Positions 7,901 to 13,280 of a stretch of DNA of 13,280 nucleotides are shown piece after piece. The DNA lies in contig CAZMCX010000006.1 of NCBI GenBank assembly GCA_964565125.1, forward strand, positions 1-13,280. Direction: 5' to 3'. The translations under genes and the position numbers were made by a program. The notes beneath the pieces were generated by a model. That model searched no databases and was not told where the DNA came from. It saw only the letters and a program-made list of their open reading frames with translations. How positions within the stretch are numbered: the first letter of the stretch is position 1; each line of letters begins with the position of its first letter. This stretch comes from an uncultured archaeon. Lineage in GTDB: Archaea > Iainarchaeota > Iainarchaeia > Iainarchaeales > 0-14-0-20-30-16.

Positions 7901-8430
7901 TCCATTTGTACTCTCGAAAGTTCTCTCTGTCTTTCTATTTTTTGCGGACTTTCCGTTCTTACGCCCTTTGCCTGTTCCAAAGACATTTTTCTACTTCTTT
8001 CCAAATCCGCAGCACGTCTTGAGCTTATTAGGTCTTTAATTTTATTTGCTGTTTCTTCTAAGACTCTTAATTGCTTCGCAAATACTTCTTTTTTGCCTTT
8101 TTTTGCTTTATTGTATTTTTTAGAAAGCCCTTTAAGTTTTTCAGCAACTCTAGAATATTCTTTATTTAAATCAGAAACAGACAATCGTTCAAGTTTTGTG
8201 TGGTATGTGTCTATACTTGTTCTGGCCTTCACTGCTTTTTTTATAATTCGTGGGCTTACTCTTTCAATACCTTTTCTAATCCCAAAACGACCTTTGGCTT
8301 CAAGCCCTTTCTTAGCAAAGCCTTCTCTTTCTTTGCCAATTTTTTTTTCAGGCTTAACAATGGATCCCTGGTCTCTTGCTCTTTTTTCCATAGCAGCTCT
8401 TTCAACAGCAACATTTCTCCTTATAGCCAT
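4918..8430 (-). CDS. giant (~1170 aa) coiled-coil protein with a basic N-terminal half, acidic C-terminal half, GPGG[Y/W] repeat and C-terminal two-TM hairpin; family unknown
   Basis: This is one uninterrupted ORF. I prefer the ATG at 8430 to the GTG at 8439 (MAIRRNVAVERAAMEK). There is no signal peptide. The C-terminus carries VIGFGMGIGIPVAILAVLVVVLS and TPLIIILILVALFLLF, flanked by Lys residues. No Walker A/B motifs were seen. Confidence 0.85.
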   Translation of the reverse strand: MAIRRNVAVERAAMEKRARDQGSIVKPEKKIGKEREGFAKKGLEAKGRFGIRKGIERVSPRIIKKAVKARTSIDTYHTKLERLSVSDLNKEYSRVAEKLKGLSKKYNKAKKGKKEVFAKQLRVLEETANKIKDLISSRRAADLERSRKMSLEQAKGVRTESPQKIERQRELSRVQMERVKTGQKNIGEVLDEIKQEFLFIKSKGVSAEGNNLLVELTRKIDIIMKTRVREMSKDQAVELDRLRDVISARARGVVTKQVKSSEQASLKVMQEKWDKEPPKFMFERFFELMKEPDRNAKLLDEMSKFLPVKLERTMMEIGNSKRSMDEKRQALGQLKMQIEEFMSDTTRRLQLLGRPKMLDVRYVKGLYNELRKYTDRITGLVVRLTPKQSTEGQRLELARETRARKVVFGPDKEKKYLVLVRKLENLVDKFGPKEAERLLRIEDTRFREFFENEGPDAAFKYLEDRLRHYQGLQTNLLSGTEGRRSVKMLPPAEARKLLTAGTRPEQKLLSAPTPEAIAEDAVRREEELAKKEFEAAKKTGRGERVGLDPRDMIRRIERVREEVRANRGVLGKIIDLQKAITELTRSKMNNLDKSVAEVKTVLEDLKNQVHALDENLSRTVVSGIEVISDQMNKFLEQFDKTIETEGKLTRQQISDLETVTKGIKDIIIEGVKNLDTVPKELTRLNDLLNSQQLGSKEQHEEIMGTLKIMKEDAETSKLELMDSMSTIFDARLFEIDRRVKSLDENTTKVLQNLGLLEGHFLSLEHFDKVVKESIEKLSGDTDAALELTVEEIQKAAEKVIEKIKDLDPKFVDKLSQKMDDLTEMTVQSREDVLTVLSEMHEDLGKKLTDLDKKIDDSRDEILEVLDEIGKGTETDKEIKEIVEDLRVQLEERAEGEEERIEGIGEAFKLIADRLDELGGKLDANNQAIADILRRVIQEELNGRLTRMEGNLDTLVQSGATKEDTDIIQAQINELRELITKNGAGGGPGGWGPGGYGPGGYGPGGPGGWPPVYGNHNEQNVEMGERGHGEEGEDGRRPPREPGEREDGELTKKDLDKAIKKALEDKEKKEEKKGGAEKAASGGTFSKVIGFGMGIGIPVAILAVLVVVLSKFWGVGEQTTTSTVKAATVPIMPVTGSAAAGSSSFLPSGFMTPLIIILILVALFLLFPKNK
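5401..5487 (-). repeat. in-frame Gly/Pro/aromatic tandem repeat (about 15-nt period) encoding GAGGGPGGWGPGGYGPGGYGPGGPGGWPP
   Basis: The plus strand reads ggaccaccaggccca tatccgcccggacca tacccgcctgggccc cagccacccgggcca. This is the highest-GC stretch in the window and encodes pentapeptide units GPGG[W/Y]. Confidence 0.85.
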
Positions 8431-8440
8431 AACACACACC

Positions 8441-8459
8441 CTATATAAATATATATTTT
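8441..8459 (-). promoter_or_regulatory. possible internal TATA box ahead of the giant gene
   Basis: The minus strand reads AAAATATATATTTATATAG about 12-29 nt upstream of ATG 8430, within the 48-nt spacer after the upstream stop (8479-8481). The two genes may equally be co-transcribed. Confidence 0.3.
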
Positions 8460-8478
8460 GTTATCTTTTTATTCCTTT

Positions 8479-9084
8479 CTAAAAATGATTTCTACTTTCG
8501 TACTTAGATCCTGACGATCCAAGTATAAACAAAATTCCCAACAAAACGATCGCAAATATTAGCATTTCCCCATTGCCTTTACTTGACAGAACATCTTTAG
8601 TTACAAAAAACAACAAAGCAAACATTATAACAACAAAAAAGCCAAGCCTCATATTGCTATTTGACAATAAATTAGTCAAAATCCCGTGCTTGTGTTCATG
8701 GCCCGAAACAAAAGATTCTCTCCCCCTATATTCTTCAAGCCCTTCATTAGATTCCTCGCCCGCAAAAGGATTTGTTTTATCTGTTTCTTTTCTTTTTTTT
8801 TCGTTTTCATCTTCCATTTTATTATAATTTGGCTCTTTCTTTTTTGATTTTGGGGATTTATCTAACTCCTCATCTGTTTGCTTATCTGTTTTTACTTTTA
8901 GTTTTTTAATAAGTGTAAAAAATTCGTTTTTTTCTAAATCTCCATTTTGATATGCTTTTTTTATTTCTTTTTCAATAACTCGGGGTGGGTCATTCTCTTT
9001 TTTTACCCGCTCTAAAAATTGGGCATATTTACTTCTTGGCCTTGGTGTTTTTGCCCTTAATTTTCTTCCAGATTCAAAAACCAT
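8479..9084 (-). CDS. small charged cytoplasmic protein with C-terminal two-TM hairpin; unknown function
   Basis: The N-terminal 140 aa are Lys/Glu-rich (RKLRAKTPRPRSKYAQFLERVKKEN...). A possible SHOCT-like helix pair is present (IKKAYQNGDLEKNEFFTLIKKLK). Two TM helices follow: LGFFVVIMFALLFFVT and MLIFAIVLLGILFILG. Confidence 0.65.
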   Translation of the reverse strand: MVFESGRKLRAKTPRPRSKYAQFLERVKKENDPPRVIEKEIKKAYQNGDLEKNEFFTLIKKLKVKTDKQTDEELDKSPKSKKKEPNYNKMEDENEKKRKETDKTNPFAGEESNEGLEEYRGRESFVSGHEHKHGILTNLLSNSNMRLGFFVVIMFALLFFVTKDVLSSKGNGEMLIFAIVLLGILFILGSSGSKYESRNHF

Positions 9085-9116
9085 ATAAACTACCTACAAA
9101 ATATTTTACTACAATC

Positions 9117-9130
9117 AATTATATAAAAAG
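9117..9130 (+). promoter_or_regulatory. putative TATA box for the XPD gene
   Basis: AATTATATAAAAAG is centred about 27 nt upstream of ATG 9152, in the 67-bp divergent spacer. Confidence 0.35.
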
Positions 9131-9151
9131 AGTATATTTATATATGTATCC

Positions 9152-10960
9152 ATGACAAAAATTTACTTTCGGCACGACAACTACAGGGAAGAGCAAAATA
9201 CTCTTGTAAAAGACATCGCAAAAGTCTTACAAGAAAACAAGACTGGGTTGTTCGAAGCGCCCACAGGGCTAGGAAAAACAGATGCGGCTCTTGCAACTGC
9301 AATTTCTTATACTGAAAAAAAAACTATTTTCTTTGTTACTCCAAAAACTTCACAACACAAAATTGCTCTAGATGTTGTCAAAGGTTTAAACCGGAAATAT
9401 TCTCTTGATCTAAAAGCAGTAAACATACTCGGTAAGCAAAAAATGTGCTCAGAAATTCCGCTTATGAACAATGCGCGCGGATTTTATGAATTCTGCGAAA
9501 GCAAAATAAGAAGCAATAATTGCCCCGCATATAAAAATTTTAAAAATAAAAGTTATAACAAAAATATATTTCTGGAAAATGAATTAAGTGCAGAAGATAT
9601 TCTTGAATTTGGAATTGGAAACAAAGTTTGCCCTTATGAATTAGCAATTGAGCTATCAAAAAAAGCAAATATAATAATTTGCGATTATAATTATCTTTTC
9701 AACAGCAAGATCAGGGAAGCATTTTTTCAAAAAACTGGAAAAGAATTGGGAGACAGCATAATAATTGTAGATGAGGCACACAATTTGGCGGATAGAATCA
9801 GGTCGAATTCATTTTATGTCTTGAATAAAAAAATGATTTTACAGGCAATAAAAGAAGCGGACAGTATTGACAATAAAGAATTTTGGGAATTATCCGACAA
9901 ATTAAGAAAAGTTTCAGAACTTTTTAAAGAAAAATACAAAGACAAAGAATTTTTGGTAGACAAAGATTTGTTCAAAGACATTTTACTAAAATTTGAGGAA
10001 CTTCCAGACTTGGAAACTGAACATTTGAAAGAAATTGCAAAAAAAACAAAAAGCGGAGAATTAATCCTGCCATACGTTTATTCTTTTTTCTCAAATTGGT
10101 TTGAAAACCACAAATCAATTATTAGATTTTTCAAAACAGAAAATGAAAAAGATTATAATTTAGTTTTAAAATATTTAGATCCATCTTTTGTAACAAAAAC
10201 TGTTTTTGAAAATGCAAATTCTGCAATCTTAATGTCGGGAACTCTTTCACCGTTCAAAATGTATGTTGATATTCTTGGACTACCAAAAGATACCCTTTGT
10301 TTTAAATACAACAGCCCGTTTCCAAAAGAAAATAAATTGGTAATGTATGATGATTCTTTTAGCACAAAATATGAATTAAGAAATAGCCATGATTTGGAAG
10401 AAATAAGCAGTAAAATTGCAACTATAATAAACAATATTTCCGGGAATGTTGCTGTATTTTTGCCGTCACATAGACAAGCATCAGAGTTTTATAACTCACT
10501 TACAAGAAAGACAGCAAAAAAGATTTACCTGCAAGACAAAAATGCACAAAAATCAAAAAAGATTGTAGAAGATTTCAAAAAATCACGGGGATTAGGGTCC
10601 GTACTTGTGGGCGTCCTTGGCGGCTCATTTTCAGAGGGTTTAGATTTCCCTGGAGAAGAGCTCGTAGGGGTTTTCATCTTAGGAATTCCATTTCCAGAAC
10701 CAACATTAGAAATTAAGGAATTAATAAAATATTATGATGAAAGATTTGCAAATGGCTGGAATTATGGATATACATATCCAACAATTTCAAAAGTTGTGCA
10801 GGCAACAGGAAGAGTAATAAGAACATACACAGACAGAGGATTTGTTGTATTAATAGATCAAAGATATACTTGGAAGAAATATTCTAATTTGTTACCTGAT
10901 GATTTGAGACCAAACACTTTAATGTCAAGTAAGTTAATTGAAAGCTTTTTCAATAATTAG
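9152..10960 (+). CDS. xpd: XPD/Rad3-family 5'-3' DNA helicase with 4Fe-4S cluster domain
   Basis: Walker A is EAPTGLGKTDAAL and the DEAH box is IIVDEAHNL. Four Cys lie between them (KMCSE, EFCES, NNCPA, KVCPYE), as in the XPD Fe-S domain. The C-terminal motif VI is QATGRVIRTYTDRGFVVLIDQRY. At 602 aa the length is typical of archaeal XPD. Confidence 0.88.
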   Translation: MTKIYFRHDNYREEQNTLVKDIAKVLQENKTGLFEAPTGLGKTDAALATAISYTEKKTIFFVTPKTSQHKIALDVVKGLNRKYSLDLKAVNILGKQKMCSEIPLMNNARGFYEFCESKIRSNNCPAYKNFKNKSYNKNIFLENELSAEDILEFGIGNKVCPYELAIELSKKANIIICDYNYLFNSKIREAFFQKTGKELGDSIIIVDEAHNLADRIRSNSFYVLNKKMILQAIKEADSIDNKEFWELSDKLRKVSELFKEKYKDKEFLVDKDLFKDILLKFEELPDLETEHLKEIAKKTKSGELILPYVYSFFSNWFENHKSIIRFFKTENEKDYNLVLKYLDPSFVTKTVFENANSAILMSGTLSPFKMYVDILGLPKDTLCFKYNSPFPKENKLVMYDDSFSTKYELRNSHDLEEISSKIATIINNISGNVAVFLPSHRQASEFYNSLTRKTAKKIYLQDKNAQKSKKIVEDFKKSRGLGSVLVGVLGGSFSEGLDFPGEELVGVFILGIPFPEPTLEIKELIKYYDERFANGWNYGYTYPTISKVVQATGRVIRTYTDRGFVVLIDQRYTWKKYSNLLPDDLRPNTLMSSKLIESFFNN

Positions 10961-11388
10961 TCAAATTTTATTTTTTTCTTTAAGATATTTTTCAACCACA
11001 ATTCTTAAATTTTTTGCATCTAAAAGCAGATTATTCACTATCTGTTTATCGATTCGTTTGTAATTATATTGCAGTTCTTCTCTAGCTATTCGATAAGTTT
11101 GGCCTGTTCGCCCATAATAATTTAAATCTCCATCAAAATAATCAATTAAATATTGGAAGATACAAAAATGGCTTCTTTCACGAAGATTGTTTGCATATAA
11201 CACAGCACGAGCATAGCGCATATATTCCAAATAGCCCACAACTAACACTGAATCCATTTCACCTAAGTCATAAATTTTTTTGCTTGACCAATAAACTCAT
11301 CGCCAGCGATCAATTCTTTTTCTAATATTTCTTTACTAATAATTGCTGGTTGAACCAATTTTTTGTCTACACAGGTATCAAATTTCAT
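10961..11388 (-). pseudogene. HEPN-domain toxin partner of the upstream MNT, split by a frameshift at an A7 run (pseudogene, homopolymer error, or programmed -1 frameshift)
   Basis: Fragment 1 (11388->11263) reads MKFDTCVDKKLVQPAIISKEILEKELIAGDEFIGQAKKFMT*. Fragment 2 (11257->10961) reads MDSVLVVGYLEYMRYARAVLYANNLRERSHF... A -1 shift at the A7 run (11275-11281) joins them as ...GQAKKIYDLGEMDSVLVVGYLEY... The joined ~140-aa product has a HEPN-like helical pattern. Its ATG overlaps the MNT stop as ATGA (11385-11388). Confidence 0.55.
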
Positions 11389-11963
11389 AAATCTTCACCG
11401 TAAATTTTTACGCCGTTTTTTACTTCTTTTAGGTAAGCAGAGTTATAATTTTTTCTATAGTCAAGCGAGGAATATATTACCAATTGGATCTCTCTGTCAG
11501 GAATTGCTTTTGAAAAGAGATCTAAAAGTTTTGTATAGTCTTTTGTTTTTTCTTTATTAAGGAGCAATACAAAGATATCAACGTCGCTTTTTTTATCAAA
11601 GTTCCCTTTAGCACAACTACCATATAAATACACTGAAATAACTCTGTTTTCAAAATTTTCAAAAGCGTTTTCTGTTTCCTTTGAAATTAAAGAATATGGG
11701 AATATTAACTTTTTTAACTGAATAATCAAATTATTTTCTTCATTTATTTGATAAAGGTGGCTCTTTCCAATAATTTCTTTTTCCAGCAAGCCATCTTCTA
11801 AAAAAGATTTACAACAAAGTTCTGCAGAACGAGGAGCAATATTGTTCTTACGGGCAAGTTCATTAAGAGAAAATTTTTCTCCAGTATGTGCAATTAGAAA
11901 AAATAAAAGATTAATTCCCACATAATTTTTGAAATTAGTTATCATATAATTAATTATATACAT
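11385..11963 (-). CDS. winged-HTH fused to a minimal nucleotidyltransferase (MNT) domain, antitoxin-type
   Basis: The N-terminus FSLNELARKNNIAPRSAELCCKSFLEDGLLEKEIIGKSHLYQIN looks like a wHTH. The NTase signature is VYLYGSCAKGNFDKKSDVDIFVLL (GS-x-A-x-G...D-x-D). The true start may be the second Met at 11945. Confidence 0.8.
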   Translation of the reverse strand: MYIINYMITNFKNYVGINLLFFLIAHTGEKFSLNELARKNNIAPRSAELCCKSFLEDGLLEKEIIGKSHLYQINEENNLIIQLKKLIFPYSLISKETENAFENFENRVISVYLYGSCAKGNFDKKSDVDIFVLLLNKEKTKDYTKLLDLFSKAIPDREIQLVIYSSLDYRKNYNSAYLKEVKNGVKIYGEDL

Positions 11964-11994
11964 ATATCTTTAAAAATATGATGTTAAGGGGGAT

Positions 11995-12372
11995 CTAAGG
12001 AAAAAACCTGTTGCCATATAAGTCAAAAACAGCAATAGGATCATTTGGTCTTTTTTTCAGCATCCCTTTTGTAAATCCAGCCAACACTTTCGGATCCCAA
12101 TGCATAACTTGGACTGCATATAGTTTTTGATCAGGGTTTAAACGACCCCAATTATAATCTAGATGCCCGCTATGTTCGTATTTTTTTCTACCATACAATT
12201 GTTCCCAAAACAAATCTTGTCTTTCGGTCCTTTTTTCGGTTCTAAGTCTTTTTTGTTCTGCGACTTTACTCCCAGAATAGTCAGTTACATTCATATCATA
12301 ACTTGTCATTTCGTGCCTATCACTTGGCGTAAATGGTTTTTTAGTTGGTCGTGGTTCTCTTACTTTATGCAT
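11995..12372 (-). CDS. hypothetical protein, 125 aa, soluble, basic N-terminus, Trp/His/Tyr-rich C-terminal half
   Basis: This is a clean ORF with short spacers to its neighbours on the same strand. I recognise no motif (…LFWEQLYGRKKYEHSGHLDYNWGRLNPDQKLYAVQVMHWDPKVLAGF…). There is no TM segment or signal peptide. Confidence 0.6.
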   Translation of the reverse strand: MHKVREPRPTKKPFTPSDRHEMTSYDMNVTDYSGSKVAEQKRLRTEKRTERQDLFWEQLYGRKKYEHSGHLDYNWGRLNPDQKLYAVQVMHWDPKVLAGFTKGMLKKRPNDPIAVFDLYGNRFFP

Positions 12373-12408
12373 AATATAAAAAGAGTTAATTTATTTTTAA
12401 TTATTTCT

Positions 12409-13221
12409 TTACAAAACAAGCACAGATAAAATAACCCCAAACAGCAAGAAGGGGCCGAAAACTGGGAGGTTTCTGTAAACTATGACTTCTGCTACTTTGC
12501 TTTCTTTTAGTTTTGCCAGCAACTTTTTATCAAACAGTTTTGTGCCGGATTTGCCCAAGCATTGCATATCCACAACATCATCTTCTAGAATTTTATCAAC
12601 TTTTACTTTATGTGAAAAATCCAAATAAAAGTATTTCTGGAAAAGCAATACAAACAGGCAGACAAACAATAAAAGGGCCGCAAAAATAGAAATTTCAACT
12701 CGATATGTAATAGTCAAGAAAAAGCCGCTTGCAAGGCCAACTAATAATGCTGCAAAGAAGTATAAAATTGTTTTTGGAATTCCTGCATCCAAATAATATT
12801 TTTTTGAAAAGAAAGAGTAAAAGAATTTAAATCCGAAAAACAAACCAGCAGATGCAGCGGCAACAAAAAATACAGGCAAAATAAATACAAATTTGCCAGA
12901 CATTGGAATAAGTAAGCAAAGGCCCATAAAATATTTTATATCTCCACCGCCAATTTTTCCGTACCTATAAAGTGGATAAAAAATAACAAAAATTGCTGCA
13001 GCAGAAATAAGCCCAATATACCACGAACTCTTAAACGGAAGCAGAATAATTCCCATAATAATCATAGGATAAGTTATCCAGTCATAAATATAGGTTGTTT
13101 TATAATCAAAATATGCAGCAAGAGATGAAAAGAAAACAGTTAATCCAATTGAGATAAGCATAACTATATCCATTTCTTCACAACCACAATATCTGTCAAA
13201 GCTTTGTACACCTTTTTTCAT
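12409..13221 (-). CDS. A24-family aspartic prepilin/preflagellin peptidase (PibD/EppA/FlaK-like)
   Basis: The protein is polytopic. The first catalytic-Asp region is AAYFDYKTTYIYDWITYP and the second motif is KIGGGDIKYFMGLCLL (GxGD). A soluble insert of about 55 aa (DFSHKVKVDKILEDDVVDMQCLGKSG...VIVYRNLP) precedes the last TM. The start could instead be at 13173 (MDIVMLIS). Confidence 0.85.
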   Translation of the reverse strand: MKKGVQSFDRYCGCEEMDIVMLISIGLTVFFSSLAAYFDYKTTYIYDWITYPMIIMGIILLPFKSSWYIGLISAAAIFVIFYPLYRYGKIGGGDIKYFMGLCLLIPMSGKFVFILPVFFVAAASAGLFFGFKFFYSFFSKKYYLDAGIPKTILYFFAALLVGLASGFFLTITYRVEISIFAALLLFVCLFVLLFQKYFYLDFSHKVKVDKILEDDVVDMQCLGKSGTKLFDKKLLAKLKESKVAEVIVYRNLPVFGPFLLFGVILSVLVL

Positions 13222-13280
13222 AAGATTTTATTTGTCTTTTCTTCACACATTTTTTTTACTTGATTAAAACAGGTTCTTTT

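Noticed and set aside
4918-8430. Giant coiled-coil protein as an SMC/Rad50-type ATPase
   Set aside because: No Walker A (GxxxxGK[ST]), Walker B or signature motif appears anywhere in the translation. The termini are a basic helical region and a TM hairpin, not split ATPase heads.
4918-8430. Elevated GC of the giant gene as evidence of horizontal transfer
   Set aside because: The excess GC tracks amino-acid composition: the Arg/Ala/Gly-rich N-terminal half and the Gly/Pro repeat. The acidic Lys/Glu/Asp/Ile-rich part falls back to ~28-30% GC. There are no flanking repeats, integrase or tRNA.
4913-8482. Plus-strand ORFs of 66-158 aa inside the giant gene (4913-5389, 5712-5969, 6560-7024, 6579-7055, 7133-7333, 7460-7729, 8093-8482, 8200-8448)
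   Set aside because: All are antisense to one uninterrupted 3.5-kb ORF. Their low-complexity Ser/Leu/Phe/Pro-rich translations are the expected shadow of Glu/Lys/Gly-rich codons. None has its own promoter context or a recognisable motif.
10961-11257. Treating the 98-aa ORF as a complete stand-alone gene
   Set aside because: Its Met lies mid-helix of a HEPN-like pattern. The missing N-terminal helix is encoded immediately upstream in another frame, starting at an ATGA overlap with the MNT gene. It is therefore called a frameshifted single gene instead.
10961-11388. Canonical HEPN Rx4-6H RNase motif
   Set aside because: The closest match is LRERSH (Rx3H/RxH spacing), and there is a later R-x4-Y (AREELQY). 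I cannot confirm a canonical catalytic motif by eye, so RNase activity is not asserted.
3424-12429. Remaining shadow ORFs in the window (3424-3606 plus, 4294-4512 plus, 8573-8827 plus, 10153-10434 minus, 11363-11560 plus, 12163-12429 plus)
   Set aside because: Each lies antisense to a better-supported gene (surface protein, 201-aa gene, XPD, MNT, the 125-aa gene). Their translations are hydrophobic and low-complexity with no motifs.

Overview
AT-rich (about 30% GC), tightly packed window that looks archaeal. Evidence for this: an RNase P Rpp21/Rnp4 subunit, an XPD/Rad3 Fe-S helicase, a Fap7/AK6-type kinase, class III (type IV pilin-like) signal peptides, an A24 prepilin peptidase, and TATA-like boxes about 25-27 nt upstream of start codons. 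The small overlapping genes suggest a reduced genome (DPANN-like or similar), but I cannot assign taxonomy from the sequence alone.

Contents, left to right:
1. A convergent cluster of six small pilin-like genes (30-1944). Four sit on the minus strand in an overlapping operon headed by a coiled-coil protein with a transglutaminase-like domain that has lost its catalytic Cys (1928-2743).
2. A Fap7-like kinase, a secreted C-terminally anchored surface protein, and RNase P component 4.
3. A two-gene minus-strand module (9084->4918): a 201-aa protein followed by a ~1170-aa coiled-coil protein. Both have a cytoplasmic N-terminal part and a C-terminal two-helix membrane hairpin. The large one is split by charge (basic half, then acidic half) and carries a GPGG[Y/W] silk-like repeat. 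I cannot place it in any family I know, and it is the best candidate here for something undescribed.
4. XPD.
5. A wHTH-MNT / HEPN toxin-antitoxin pair with an ATGA overlap. The HEPN gene is interrupted at an in-phase A7 slippery run.
6. An orphan 125-aa protein.
7. An A24 prepilin peptidase.

No rRNA, tRNA, CRISPR array or transposase was recognised. No pilus ATPase or platform gene lies in the window.
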